Of a DNA stretch of 64,000 nucleotides, positions 1-12,782 are shown piece by piece. A program made the translations under genes and the position numbers. Under the pieces are notes generated by a model. That model saw only the letters and a list, made by a program, of their open reading frames with translations. It was not told where the DNA came from and ran no database searches. How positions within the stretch are numbered: the stretch's first letter is position 1; each line of letters starts with the position of its first letter. Source of the DNA: Octopus vulgaris (taxonomy: Eukaryota); assembly GCA_951406725.2 (NCBI GenBank), contig OX597819.1:133548001-133612000 (forward strand). Reading direction: 5' to 3'.

Positions 1-2445
1 AAAGAACACTTTGGGGTTGAGTTTGATTTTTTCAATGGCCCACTTCTCCTCAGCTGATCTTTGGTTATTGATGAGGGACTTCATGCATTGTTGGAGGTTA
101 TATTTTTTGGATTCAAGCAGTGCGATAGCCGTCGAATGTGTGTGTTGCTGTTGGCAGTACTTTAGTTTGTTAATTTTTTTGTTTGTTCTTTTTATTTTTC
201 TGATAATGGTTTTTCTGTTTTGGGGGATTCTGCACTTTTTGTTCACAGGTCTTGGTGGGGAGTGTTTTGCACATATGTCTGTGACGGTGTCTACAAAGAT
301 CTGCCAAGATGTTTTATGGTTGGTGGAGATGTGTGTATGTGTAAAGGACCAGTCAACATTTGATAGCTCGTTCCTGATTGCATCCCAGTTGGCTTTATGG
401 AGATCCATGTTGTCAAATGGGTGGGCTGGAGGAAGGTCACTAGGATTAGCTTTCGGCTGGTGGAATTTCATGTTACAGAGAACCATGTCATGGTCTGAAA
501 GAAGGGTTTTTTCCACTGTAACGTTATGTATAGTGTTAGTGTGGTTACTAAACACTAGGTCCAAAATGTTCTGATGTCTTGTTGGTGCAAGGACAAGTTG
601 GGACAAGAAAAACTCATTCGTAAAGTCGAAAAGTGACTCTGCTGCTTCTTTGTCAGCGGTTGAGGCGGGAGTGCTTGGTTTCAAACAGTTTGTAGTCCAG
701 TCAACACAGGGTAGATTGAAGTCTCCCATCATGAGTATGTTGCTAGAATGGCACTGTTGAATAAAGCACTTAATGCTGTTGAGGCATTCTTTAAAGCACA
801 GTATGGGTGTTTGGGGCGGCCTATAGAGCCCAATTACTGTCAGATCATTGGCTTTGTTGTGCACGGTGACTGATTCACAGTAGCCGTTGGAGAATATACT
901 ATTTCCATCTGCCGTAAATGAATCATGCAGGAAAATGGCAGTTCCACCCTTCCTCCTGCCGATACGATCCGCGCGGATGGTTGTGAAATTCTTCACTCTC
1001 ACTTCGGCTTCCAAGTGGGAGTTGTCAAGGTGGGTCTCAGTGAGAATGAAGAAAGGGATGTGGTGTGAATGGTTACCAACCCAGTCTTCAATGAATTGGA
1101 CCTTCCATTTTTGTGCATTGATGGAAGGGCTGACACCTTGTGCATTGAGTAGGAATGTGGAGGTTAGTGTAGTGGCTGGTTTTGACTGTTGCAGGGGGCT
1201 TGGATTTTTTGTGTGTGTTAGTGGCAGCAATGTGGGGAATTGGTGCACTGGGGTAATAGCATAGGATGGTGTTGAGTGATGGCTAGAATGTTTTTGTGTA
1301 TCTCTTTTGCCATGTTCAACATGGCTAAAAAAATTTTCCTGCTTAGGGAGCAGTTTTTGGCTGGAGGTGCGGTTGCACTGTTGGATAGGGTTGTAGTTTC
1401 CACTTTTGTTGTTGTTGTTTTTGTGTCTTCCTGAAAAGACTGGACCAGCATTACTGCAGCATGGTGTGTTTCTATTTTTATTGTTATTCAGGTTTGTGTG
1501 TTGGCTTGAGGCCCCGTTTCTGTTTGTGCGTCGGGTCCCTGGAAGATGAGTGAAGGGACAGTCACTCAGTAGACATGTTCTCTCACGTTGGGAATACCGG
1601 CAGATTTTGGGACTCCGAGTTGTGTGTGTTTTGAATTTCGATTTACTATTTGGTGGTGTTGATGTTATTGTGGGATGCGTGCTTTGGCCTTGGCCAGTAG
1701 TGCGTCTAGTGCCGGGTAGATGCGTGAAGATGCAGTCACTATTTGTGCAGAGTCTCTGGCGCAGTGAATAGCGGCATATTTGGGGATTTCTTGTTTGTGC
1801 CGTGGGGGGCGCATTCTGCTTCCTATGTTTCTTTAAGTTTTTGTTACTGCAGTAGTATTGAGGTGGTGATGTGGGGGAAGAGGGTAGTGGTTTCTTATTT
1901 GGTTTTCTGTTGGTATTTTTGGTGATAGAAGACAATGGTGGCAGCGGTGGTGATGATGATGATGATAATTGTGGTGGTTGCTGTGAGAGCGGTGAAAAGA
2001 TACTGGCATTTAGTGAATCGTCTAGTAAGCTAGAGTTGAGGAGTGGCTGTTGTTGTTCTTGTTGCTGTGGCTGTTGTTGTTGTTGTTGTGCCTGACCGAT
2101 GTCAGGGTCAGCCATTGTGTTGGGAACCAGGAGTGGCTCATTCTGTTGTTGTTGTTGTTGTGGCTGCTGATTTTCTAGCTGTTGTTGTTCTTGAACTGTG
2201 AAAATATGTAGAAGCTTTTCATAATGGCCTCTTATCAGTTTGAAAGATACTTCGATATGTTTCAACTTGCTACGAATCTGTTTGACGGATCGTGTGTTGA
2301 CCACTTGTGATGTTTTTTCGGCAATCTCATTCAAACACAAGACATTTAGATTTTCTGTTTGGGAAAGAGAGAGCCATGTGTTTATTAAAACATCAATTTC
2401 GTTATCAGACCAATTTCGTCTGTTGCAGGCCTGCAAGTTAGTCAT
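1..2445 (-). CDS. Open-ended ORF: Myb/SANT-like + 2 CCCH zinc fingers read in frame into APE endonuclease (absent from ORF track)
   Basis: Codon-by-codon reading shows no stop from 2445 into the APE motifs near 900. CCCH motifs: CRYSLRQRLCTNSDCIFTH and CRYSQRERTCLLSDCPFTH. Absence from the ORF track fits a frame open to the window edge. Confidence 0.75.
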   Translation of the reverse strand, partial: MTNLQACNRRNWSDNEIDVLINTWLSLSQTENLNVLCLNEIAEKTSQVVNTRSVKQIRSKLKHIEVSFKLIRGHYEKLLHIFTVQEQQQLENQQPQQQQQQNEPLLVPNTMADPDIGQAQQQQQQPQQQEQQQPLLNSSLLDDSLNASIFSPLSQQPPQLSSSSSPPLPPLSSITKNTNRKPNKKPLPSSPTSPPQYYCSNKNLKKHRKQNAPPTAQTRNPQICRYSLRQRLCTNSDCIFTHLPGTRRTTGQGQSTHPTITSTPPNSKSKFKTHTTRSPKICRYSQRERTCLLSDCPFTHLPGTRRTNRNGASSQHTNLNNNKNRNTPCCSNAGPVFSGRHKNNNNKSGNYNPIQQCNRTSSQKLLPKQENFFSHVEHGKRDTQKHSSHHSTPSYAITPVHQFPTLLPLTHTKNPSPLQQSKPATTLTSTFLLNAQGVSPSINAQKWKVQFIEDWVGNHSHHIPFFILTETHLDNSHLEAEVRVKNFTTIRADRIGRRKGGTAIFLHDSFTADGNSIFSNGYCESVTVHNKANDLTVIGLYRPPQTPILCFKECLNSIKCFIQQCHSSNILMMGDFNLPCVDWTTNCLKPSTPASTADKEAAESLFDFTNEFFLSQLVLAPTRHQNILDLVFSNHTNTIHNVTVEKTLLSDHDMVLCNMKFHQPKANPSDLPPAHPFDNMDLHKANWDAIRNELSNVDWSFTHTHISTNHKTSWQIFVDTVTDICAKHSPPRPVNKKCRIPQNRKTIIRKIKRTNKKINKLKYCQQQHTHSTAIALLESKKYNLQQCMKSLINNQRSAEEKWAIEKIKLNPKVFF

Positions 2446-2760
2446 GTTTGTTTTTCTTTTGTTTGTTTTCCTTTTGATTTTTGAAAATATATATATTCTT
2501 TCTTGGGAGTTAAAGAAGTGTATATATATATAAATGTTCTCTCTTAAGGGTGTGAGTTTTTGATTATTTGGTTGTTTGAGGATATTAAAAGAAAAACAGG
2601 TGTATATAACAATTTGTAGTTAAATGAAAACGTACTTACGGGTTTGTAGGCAAACACGTGGTTACAAATATATATATATATAAGGTCAGTTAGTTTTGAA
2701 GCTGTGTAGCTTGCTACTGACTCGGGAGAGAAACAAATAGACGTCCGTCCAGTTCAACAG
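1..2760 (-). mobile_element. CR1/L2-group non-LTR retrotransposon, 5' part (ORF1 plus APE endonuclease; runs off window edge)
   Basis: Manual minus-strand translation from ATG 2445 gives MTNLQACNRRNWSDNEIDVLINTW...RSVKQIRSKLK (Myb/SANT-like), two CCCH fingers, then TSTFLLNAQG...FFILTETHL...RADR..RRKGGTAIFLHDSF. This is clearly homologous to the APE region of the 36660 ORF. Confidence 0.9.
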
Positions 2761-2873
2761 TTAATCCACACATATCTTGTGTTAAATTTCTAAATTTATA
2801 TAAATTATTTTATGTATTGGCTTAAGTCTTTCTTTGTTTGATTTGCATAATAGTGGTTTTGTCTCTAATTTTA

Positions 2874-2909
<36 letters not shown>

Positions 2910-3847
2910 GTATAAACGTAGAGGCACATACACACACAAATACTCATATATAAATATATATTTGTACGTATCTATATGTGTGTGTATGCATGTATGTATG
3001 TATGTATGTATGTATGTATGTATGTATGTATGTATGTATGTATGTATGAATGTATGTATGTATGTATAATGTATGCATAGCAGACACTCAGTTAGACTTC
3101 AGTATTACATTCATTCAGCATTACCAAATTTGGACGATAGAATTGTCGTAATACAATTACATAAACGCAGCGGCTCAATCATAATAATACAGTTTGTTAA
3201 CATTAAATGGAGTTTAATCCACATCATAAGATGGGTGTATGTTTTTATAATAAAAGTAGAAATTTAAACTAGGAAATTCTATTTGAGTGAGAACGTACTG
3301 GATGCGAGTGAAATCACGTCTAGGTTTCTTCCTCGGTGATATGAATATTCAAATATATGATATGGATTCTGAAATACTATTTAGAAAACCGTACAATTGT
3401 TTGTATTTGCATTCGTTTAGGCCAACTGGTTTACTGAGCTTGATTTGGGGTATTTATGAACTATGCAACGCCCTACTCATCCTTTAATACTAAAATACGT
3501 CTCTGTTTACTGATACTAAAAGAATTAGTCTTCAATTTCTTTAGTTTGCTTAAAGATAAATATTCGCAGTACTGTTAGAACTAATTAATATAATTTAATT
3601 AATGGCTGTGAGGATTAAGCAATGACTAAAAAGAACGTCTGCGTCAAGAAAATCATTTTGCTTCAATGATAGCAACAAACTCACCAATGCCCGGGGAGGC
3701 TGCGTAAGTTTGTTAACACTGTGTCTCACACAACTGTTTTGTTAATTGCTACGCTATGTTTTCTCTATTACCTACAATGACCACATAACCATTACTTTAG
3801 GTTCGATTTTATGGGAATTCTTTCACCTTTTTGCATTTTGTGAACGT

Positions 3848-4010
3848 AGGCGCAGGCGTGGCTGTATGGTAAGAAGCTTGCTTCACAACGACATGGTTCT
3901 GGGTTCAGTCCCACTGCGCAGAAACTTGGGTAGGTGTCTTCTGCTATAGCCTCCGGCTGACCAAAGCCTTGTGATTGGATTTGGTAGAGGGTAACTGAAA
4001 GAAGCCTGTC

Positions 4011-4050
<40 letters not shown>

Positions 4051-4061
4051 GTGTATGTTTG

Positions 4062-4126
<65 letters not shown>

Positions 4127-4149
4127 ATATATGTATATATGCATATATA

Positions 4150-4215
<66 letters not shown>

Positions 4216-4227
4216 AACATACACGTG

Positions 4228-4258
<31 letters not shown>

Positions 4259-4460
4259 GTATATGTATTCGTCCACTCACTATCGCTTGACAACCGATGT
4301 TGATATGTTAATGTCCATATAACTTAGCAGGTCGGCAAAAGAGACCGATAGAATAAGTACTAGGTTCACAAAGAATAAGTCCTCAGGTCGATTTGTTCGA
4401 CTAAAGGCGGTGCTCCGGCATGGCCACTCTCAAATGACTGAAACAATTAGAAGAAAAAAA
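3848..4460 (+). mobile_element. tRNA-derived SINE with internal (TA)n expansion
   Basis: tRNA-like head GGCGCAGGCGTGGCTGTATGGTAAG...GGTTCAGTCCC. The 3' body (GGCAAAAGAGACCGATAGAATAAGTAC...GCATGGCC...ATGACTGAAACAA) recurs near 5370-5560, 20680-20870 and 59505-59700. Confidence 0.75.
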
Positions 4461-4789
4461 AAGAAGGAAAGAATAGTTGCAGTGACTCTTCCTTAACAAT
4501 TAAAACAGACTAAAATAGTATGATTAAACCAGAAAAATGTTCAAAGACAATAATTAGTGGAAATATATTATTTTATTTGGCAAATTAAAATATAACAGTT
4601 TTGTGAGTTCAGTTTTGTTCCATTAATGCAACAAAACTGAACTTCAAAGATGAAAAATAAATTTCGTGCCAATATCATAATTAATATTTGTTTCCAAAAT
4701 TATAATCTGTATGTGTGATTATCTTTGAATATATTTCCTAAAGTTGAATTATAGCGAAATTACCACGACCAAATGCAACATTTAAATAT

Positions 4790-5176
4790 TAAATCGTGGC
4801 CTTCCGTCGGTTTCGACAACGAGAGTTCCAATTGATCCGATAAACGGAACAGCCTGCTCGTGAACAGACACGCAAGTGGCTGAGCACACCACAGACACGT
4901 GTACCTTTAACGTAGTTCTCGAGTTGATTCAGCGTGACACAGAGTGTGACAAGGCTGGCCCTTTGAAATACAGGTACAACAGAAACAGGAAGAAAGAGTG
5001 AGAGAAAGTTGTGGCGAAAGAGTACAGCAGGGTTTGCCATCACCCCCTGCCGGCGCATCGTGCAGCTTTAGGTGTTTTCGTTCAATAAACACTCACAACA
5101 CCTGGTCTGGGAATCGAAACCGCGATCCAACGACCGTGAGTTTGCTGCCCTAATCACTTGGTCATTGCGCCTCCAC
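4790..5176 (-). mobile_element. tRNA-derived SINE
   Basis: Minus strand begins TGGAGGCGCAATGACCAAGTGATTAGGGC...GGTTTCGATTCC (A/B-box-like), followed by a GC-richer body. Confidence 0.65.
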
Positions 5177-5364
5177 AAATTTTAAATAGTATTTTTCCTT
5201 AGCTTTTGTGTATCATATATAGACGTATATATTGTTTACCAGCAACATCTACGAGGACACTCGAGGAAGGCATTCAGTCTCTGACGAATTTCCAGCACAG
5301 GATCGAAACTAATTTATTCTGTTTATTCATCTAGTTGTGTCCGCAATGATATTTTTTTCTATTC

Positions 5365-5560
5365 TTCTATTTGTTTTAGTCATGTGACTGCGGCCATGCT
5401 GGAGCGCTGCCTTGAATGGTTTTTATCGTCGAACAAACGGACGCCAACACTTATTTTCATTTTCTGAAGCTTAGAACTTATTCTATCGGTCTCTTTGCCG
5501 AACCGCTAAGTTACGGGGATATAAACACACAAACACGGGTCGTCAAGCGGTGGTGGGGGA

Positions 5561-5606
<46 letters not shown>

Positions 5607-7122
5607 CATACACAAATATATACATACTTATATATATATATATACATATATAAACTGTGTATCACGCTTTATTGCAGGTCAAATTTTTGTTGATTTTTTT
5701 AATATTGCACGTTGTACAACCGTGTACTTCGGTCCACTAAAACATCCTAGGTACGTACGTACGCAGCGAACATTTGAATCGTATTGATAGGCTACATACA
5801 AAGTTATGTTGAGTTATGTATTTTGAAGTGCTTTCAACTGTGTCACACTTTATTGCAGGTGTACGGAAATGCTCCTGAAACGTCTGACAGCCACGGAGAA
5901 GATTGCTGCAGGTCTCACTTATATGTAGGAGAATTAGCCCAAGAGCTTGGTCAGGATACAAAAAGATAGAATGCGTATGTGGAAAACCCTATCACCAAAC
6001 CAAAGCAGCATAAAGGTACGAGAAGAAGTGTATCCCAGCAGGATATCTGAAAACTAATTAGACAAGTAAAAAAGGACATCGATAGCCCAAGTGCTGCCAT
6101 ATTTAAAGTGCTGGGGTTGCTCCTTTGTCTAGAAGCACGCGATGTAGGATCCTTAAAGAGACGGCCAGAAGTGTTAAGTGCATCGTTAGACCCATCCTAA
6201 GCAAGAACCCCAAAGGGAAGCATATTGATTGGTTACAGAAGTGCATGAAGATCAGTTTCCTAGATATTGTCTTCACAGATGAGGTCAAAGTTACTCTGGG
6301 TAGCCCCGACGCATTCAGCGTCAACAAGGAGGTGGTGATATCATGTTTTGGGCCTTTCTGAGTGCCGGAAGGTGTGAAACTCACCAGCAACTCCTACACC
6401 GCGTCTCCAGAGGAGCCTTTTGCAGCATGGCTAGATGATCTGCCACTCTCACGTCGACGGAGATGGATTTTTATGCATGACGATGTTCCTTCGCATTCAG
6501 CCAAGACTACAGCTTCGTAGCTCACAACTTTGGGAATTACAAGCCAATCACTCATGACTCGGCCTTCCTGTTCTCCTCACCTAAACCTTATAGGACAGCT
6601 CTCGTCAATCTTGAAGAGGAAAGTGTATGAAGGAGGTATCCAGTTTTCATCGAATAATGCCCCGTGGGAAAAAATCAAAACAGTTGCTGGTACCGTAACA
6701 TTTCTTGGATTAGTCGGCTAACAGTTTCTGTCTACTGTTTGATGACATTTCTAAACAAGGAAATTACGTAGACAAATAGAGTACAGCACCAAAACTGTAA
6801 TTGTGTTTGTTTCATATCTTTTGGGGCTATTCTTCGGTAGCGTGTTTCATTATAACAATAAAATCGTAATATAACGATATTACTTTGTTTCATTACCTTA
6901 AATTGACATTTTTGTACACCTGCAATAAAACGTGACAGTTGAAAGCACCTCAAAGTACATAACTCAACATTACTTTGTGTGTAGCGTATTAATGCGATTG
7001 AAATGTTCGCTGTGTACGTACCTATCTACAATAGATACACAGTTTATATGTGTGTGTGTGTATGTGTGTATGTGTGTGTATTTGTGTGTATATATGTATG
7101 TATGTATGTATGTGCGTTTGTA

Positions 7123-7157
<35 letters not shown>

Positions 7158-7355
7158 ATGTATATATGTATGTATATATGTATGTATGTATATACGACGG
7201 GCTTTCAGTTTCAGTCTACCAAATCCACTCAGGAGGCTTTGGTCGGCCCAAGGTTATAATAGAAAACATCTACCCAAGGTGTTACGCAATGGGACTGAAC
7301 CTGGAATCATGTGGTTGATAAGCTAGCTTCTTACCACGCTGCTACACCTGCGTCT
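5365..7355 (-). mobile_element. SINE (same family as 3848-4460) split by a Tc1 insertion in its internal microsatellite
   Basis: Head at 7195-7355 is the reverse complement of the 3848-4010 head. Tail at 5365-5560 is the reverse complement of the 4285-4450 tail. Confidence 0.7.
5653..7044 (+). mobile_element. Degenerate Tc1-like DNA transposon with long IR/DR-type terminal inverted repeats
   Basis: TA-flanked ends AACTGTGTATC/GATACACAGTT; 5750-5865 is inverted relative to 6912-7020. Transposase remnants: IVFTDEVK, FMHDDVPSH, PSCSPHLNLI. Confidence 0.75.
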
Positions 7356-7849
7356 ATTGTATATACAATGTGTATATGTTTGTCAATATATAATTTTTGA
7401 GGAAATTATTAGACATATTACGGATTGGCAGCGCTAATCAGTGATGAGATTATAAATACAATGTTATTATTAGTTCAAATATAATTGGCGAACCAGTAAC
7501 AAAGCCATTCACTTTTATGTGATGGAGTAAATATCTCGCTGTAGACAAATGGTGTAAATACACCTAAAACCACCTTGCAGTGCCACCTACCCAGACTGTA
7601 AGATTCAAGCATTTTGGAGTAGTTATCTGCTCTTCTGTCATAGAAACACTTTATTGATGTATTCGGCCGTACAGTTCAGCATTGAAAGACAACAACAAAG
7701 AAAGGTTAACACAACTGTAATTTATTGATCAATATGTCGGACTGACAGCCAACAGTGACTAATATATTTGTAGATTAGTCTTCCCCCTTTCGAGGAGTTC
7801 AGTTGTGTTTATTGAATAATGTATCCGAAACTCGAACTGAAAAACAACA

Positions 7850-8230
7850 ATGAATCCCACAATTCTCCTGCAAAAAATACTCTAGATTATCCGTCCCCTA
7901 TACTGCCTAACAAAAGGGTGAGTAGATTGATCCTCTGGTTTGCATCCCATTCAATTTAAACGTTAATGGCTTAGCCAAAATATTCTTTCAAATAGTAGAC
8001 TCTAACCTCCCACGTCACCATAAAAGCCATTCAATCTTCAATCGATCTACCCTAAAATTATCCTACTGCTCTCCACCCAATATAGAACCTATTGCTACCT
8101 CTTCCAATAAAGGTAAACGTAATTCCTACTACTTAAATATATATAATCACAACATAGGTCAAAGCCACGAAAACACGAATATCGACATTGATAGCATACA
8201 CTACACCCGCAACCCTAGCATTGTAAGTCA
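7850..8230 (+). pseudogene. Decayed Naiad-type Penelope fragment
   Basis: Translates (with breaks) to LILWFA..FNLNV..LAKIFFQIVDSNLPRHHKSHSIFNRSTLKLSY, matching KVLWFNPAFNLAV...FYRIFNRRTLKVSY in the 40566 ORF. Confidence 0.6.
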
Positions 8231-8249
8231 AAATCCCAGAGTATTTTGT

Positions 8250-8912
8250 AATTTTCTTTTTTCTTTACTCCTTATGGCTTGTGTTAATACCATTGTTCGG
8301 CTCTCTCGAGGTTTTCTTTACAGCACAACAACCAGTGGACACATTTGGCCACATTGTCCTGTCTCCTTTTGTATTCGCGTGGTGCGAGCTTACAACACTC
8401 ACTAAACAATATGGCTTATACTTTCTCCCTTCTCAGAGCACATCCTACTCTGTAGCGAGTCAGTGCTTTTATCAATGTGATATATTTGGAGTAGTTTGTT
8501 CTGAGAGCTTGTTCTTCAGCGCTGCACACTAATGCCTCAGTGGGCCCTTTTAAGTCTCCTTTCTGAAGCCATTGCCAGGTTCTATTCCAATCAATCTCAT
8601 TTTTATTCTTCAAGAACTGACTCTGCATTTTCTTGTCCAACCAAATATTTTATTCATCTGTTCCCTCTGGTCTTTCTTAAATTCTGTTGGATCTACGGCT
8701 TCGTTCACTTTTAAGGTTCCCTGCATTTTCACTGCTTCAATTATTTCTTATTTTCTCCCCTTGACATACCAAGCCAGGCTATTCTCCTCTTCCCTTATAC
8801 AACCTTCACAACACAGTAATCCCCGCCCTTATTCTTTTCTCTTTACAATCTTGACACATCACTCTTGGGGTGTAATTCCTTGCTCACTGTCATTAATTTA
8901 CGTGTTCTCGGC
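8250..8912 (-). mobile_element. R4/Dong-type RLE LINE fragment (decayed)
   Basis: TWQWLQKGDLKGPTEALVCSAEEQALRTNY matches the other Dong-like copies; begins at the (TAA)n at 8914-8941. Confidence 0.7.
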
Positions 8913-9602
8913 CTATTATTATTATTATCATCATTATTATATGAAACCTCACAACTTATTTTGCAGGGTTTGATGGAAAGTGTCAGCTTTCCACAGCCAG
9001 CAGACTAAGGTGACACTTGCTTACTGGTCATGCTTCAAGAATCCTGCGACGAATTCCTGCAGTTATAAGGAATGCTAATTATTGTAGGTGTTCTACCTTC
9101 ACACTTGTACCAATCTTTTTCGGACATGTTGGTAGTTGAGTGATGATACTTCCAAATGCACCAATTACTATTGGCATCATGTCTACTCTCTTCGTTGACC
9201 ACAACCCTCGTATTTCCCACTTCAAATCGTCATAGTTGTTTATTTTTTCTTCTTCTTTCTCTTTGACCCTGTTGTCACCGGGGCATGCTATGTCGATTAT
9301 CATGTATGTTCTTTCTTCTTATTCACCACAATATATCCGGTTTCCAATGTCTGCTCGGCTGATCACACTGCATCATTACATCCCACAGGATTTTGCAATT
9401 CTCATTTTCGGTGATTCCTTCTGGGGTTTGTTCTTATCACGTCTTTGCTCTTTGTAGGCCGTGATTTCCACAAAGCTCCCAATGGACCATTCTTGCCACA
9501 TTCTCATGGCGTCGTTTGTATTCGCGTTGTACCAATTTCGGGCATTCGCAAACGATGTTCCATACTGTTTCACCCCTCTCACCACACATTCTACATTTGT
9601 TG

Positions 9603-10685
9603 TTAGTTAGTTAGTTAGTTAGTTAATTTGGCTCAAAAGCAAATAGCAAGGCCATGTACGGGGACATGGAGTTAAGTACAGGGTGGTGTTCATGTAAAGA
9701 GTTCAGGCCACTTGAGGTCAAGGGAGGCTTTGAACAAAGCGGTCGTCGGCATCTTCACCATCACGTCTGGCAGCTTGTTCCACGGATCCGCAACCCGGAC
9801 GGAGAAAGCTCCTCTCCTTCGATTTAGATGGAATCGTCGCAGGTAGAGCTTTTCGGAATGACCCCGCAGCCGACGCTCTGGAGCAGGAGTGAAGAACAGC
9901 TCTTTCGAGAGGTTACACTTTCCGCTTATGATGTTGTGGGCGAGAATGAGATCACCACGGCGGCGGCGTTTTTCTAGAGAATAAAGGTCGAGCGTCCTCA
10001 GCCTTTCTTCATAGGACAAATTATTGAGACCATGAACCATGCGGGTAGCCAGCTTCTGGACTCTTTCGAGATGCTGTATGTCTTTGAGGAGATAAGGAGA
10101 AGAGGCTTGAATCCCGTACTCCAATATGGGTCTCACCAACGTGACATAGAATGGTAGGAATATGGCTGCTGTGAGCATTGCGAATGAGCGTCGAATCAAG
10201 AACAGAATTCCGCGTGCTTTGTTGGCAGCATGGACGCACTGGGCCGAAGGCGAAAAGGAGGAATCCACCAAGATACCCAGGTCCTTTACCTGATCGGTCC
10301 TCTCCAGCAGCAGACGACCCGGCTCGAAATCAAGTTGAGTTGCAGGAGTAGAGCCGACAGGCAGATGACAGCACTTTGACACGTTCAGACACAGGTCCCA
10401 ATCGTTAGACCACTTCCAAATTTGGTGGAGACATCGACGAAGATCCTCTATATCACCGCGAGGAGCGACCAGTTTGATATCGTCGGCAAATAGAAGGGTG
10501 TGTTGCGTGAGGTCGTCGGGCAAGTCATTTATGAAGACTAAGAACAATAAGGGCCCAAGCACTGAACCTTGAGGCACGCCACTGCTCGCACTGGAGACGT
10601 CGGACCGCGAACCATTAACTTGGACTTGGAAGGAGCGATCTGAGAGGAAGGCACCAACCCATCGTACAATATCCGGATGGAAACT
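9603..10685 (-). mobile_element. 5'-truncated CR1/L2-group LINE with (TAAC)n tail
   Basis: RT ORF 9690-10577 (PQGSVLGPLLF, LFADDIKL, LEKRRRRGDL); tail seen as (GTTA)n at 9602-9624; it splits the Dong zinc-knuckle sequence. Confidence 0.9.
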
Positions 10686-11491
10686 ATATGTTCTTATCGG
10701 TTGTGTTGTCTATCCTGCACTTTATATAATTGGTCCTTAACGCTTGTTCCTGAGCAGCGCACATGAGTGCTTCTGTCTCTATCTTCAGGTCACTCCTCCC
10801 CATCCATGGCCACTGGTCCTCTGCATCTGTCTTGGCGTTCTCATCTTTTGCAAACTGACCATACATTTTCATTTCCTTCCATGATTTTTCTTTATTTTCT
10901 TTCATTTCTTGTTTAAACTTTTCTTTAGTTACACAATTTTTAGTTTTGATGACACCGGTCTTCGTGTGTTTCAACATTGGCTCCACAGCATTTTTTATAT
11001 ACCACCCTAGGCTGTTTCCCTCTGCTTCGATACAGTCCTGGCAACTGACCAAACCTCTCCCACCGTTTCTTCTGGACAAATACAGCCTACAAGTGTCACT
11101 CTTAGGGTGGAAGGCTCCGTGTACTGTCAACATATTTCTGGTCTTGGTATCCATTTTCTTCATTTCTCTCTTTTGCCATTTTATAATTCCCGCTCCATAC
11201 CGAAGTGATGCTAATATCGCTCAGGTATTAACTGCTTGGATTTTATTCCACCCAGTCAGTTTTGAGCGCAGCACCAACCTCAGTCTTCGGAAATACTCCA
11301 TCCTCTTTCATTTCCTTTTCCATTATCTCGCTGAACTCCAGTACACCAACGTATTTGCATCCTTCCGTTTCAATTTGCTTAACCAAGTCTTTATTCGGTA
11401 ATTCTATCCCTGCTAGGGACTGTACTTTGCCTATTTTAGGTAGATTACTTTGCACTTCTTGAGTCCAAACTCCATTCTAATATCAGTACTA

Positions 11492-12782
11492 CGAGGGGCG
11501 TTCAATAAGTAATGCCCCTGACCCAATTCCCATAGCAGTAGAGCAATGAAACTTGGCACAGGTATTAGTCTTTTTCTACATAGGAAGAACCCAGAGCTAC
11601 GCATTTCTCCCATCGTTTGATGCAGCTCTGGAGACCGCTTTTGTAGAAGACCCCAGCTTGGTCATCCAACCACGACGTGACTTCAGAAATCAAGGCTGCA
11701 TCATCTGGAAAACGCTTTCCTTTCAAAAACAACTTCGTGGCTGGGAAGAGGTGAAAATCAGAGGGTGCAAGGTCAGGAGAGTAGGGGGATGGGGGAGGAG
11801 TTCATAGCCGCACGCCTGTGCTTCTGATCTGGCGACAAGCGAGTTGTGGACCGGAGCGTTGTCCTGCAGGAGGAGGATGCCTTTGCTGATCTTGCCCCGC
11901 CTCTTGATTTTCATAGCTTCTCTTAATTTCCTCAAAAGTGAAGCATAATAGGCTCCTGTAATTGTGGTACCCTTTGACAGGAAATCTGTTATTACTACTC
12001 CGTCCTGTTCCCAGAAGACTGTGAGCATGACCCTGCCAGCGGAGGGCTGCACCCTTGCCTTCTTTGGAGGCGGTGAGTCACGGTGCTTCTACTGCATTGA
12101 CTGGGCTTTGGTCTCTGGATCATAGTGATGGACCTAGGTTTCATCCTGTGTAATCAGTCTTTTGAAAAATTTTGACTCATCTTCTTGGCACATCTCCAAA
12201 TTCATCCTCGAGCACTCATGGCGTTCTTGCTTCTGGAAAGGTGTGAGCAACCTGGGAATTCATCTGGCAGACACCTTTTGCATATGCAAATGGTCATGAA
12301 TGATAGTTTCCATAGACCCGGTACTAATCTTGACCTCATGGGCTATTTGGCGAATAGTTATGCGTCGATCTTCCAAAATGGCAGCCTCAACTTGACGGAC
12401 AGATGCCTCATGAATGGCAGAAGGGGGGCGACCAGATCTGGGAGCTGTTTCCACAGAGTTCCGACCATGTTTGAATTCACGATGCCAGCGTTTTACAAGG
12501 CCATATGATGGAGCATCATCACCATAAGTTACTTTCATTTCATCGAAAGTCTCCCGTGGTGTGCGTCTTTCAAATACAAAAACCGGATCACTGCTCGACA
12601 CTCAACAGGCTCCATTTCACACTTGACTCGGTTCAAACACCTGTAAATCAGAAACCACAATTAGTTCAGAGATGTAGTTTGCCACTTCATCTATAGAGAT
12701 ATAAATGATTGCACATGCAAAATTTCAGCTACATCAAACAATTGCAAGTGTGTCAGGGGCATTACTTATTGAACGTCCCTCG
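11492..12782 (-). mobile_element. Full-length mariner element (DD34D-type), transposase disrupted
   Basis: TIRs CGAGGGGCGTTCAATAAGTAATGCCCCTGAC / GTCAGGGGCATTACTTATTGAACGTCCCTCG with TA duplication (11490-91, 12783-84). Motifs: SAGRVMLTVFW, QDNAPVH, N-terminal HTH with RSGRP. Confidence 0.95.

Noticed and set aside
11-2533. Plus-strand ORFs over the first LINE (likewise 12797-13753 and similar)
   Set aside because: Antisense shadows of retrotransposon ORFs.
3792-4322. Many YIYI/VCVC/MYV-rich ORFs here and throughout the track
   Set aside because: Translations of (TA)n, (TG)n and (TACA)n microsatellites.
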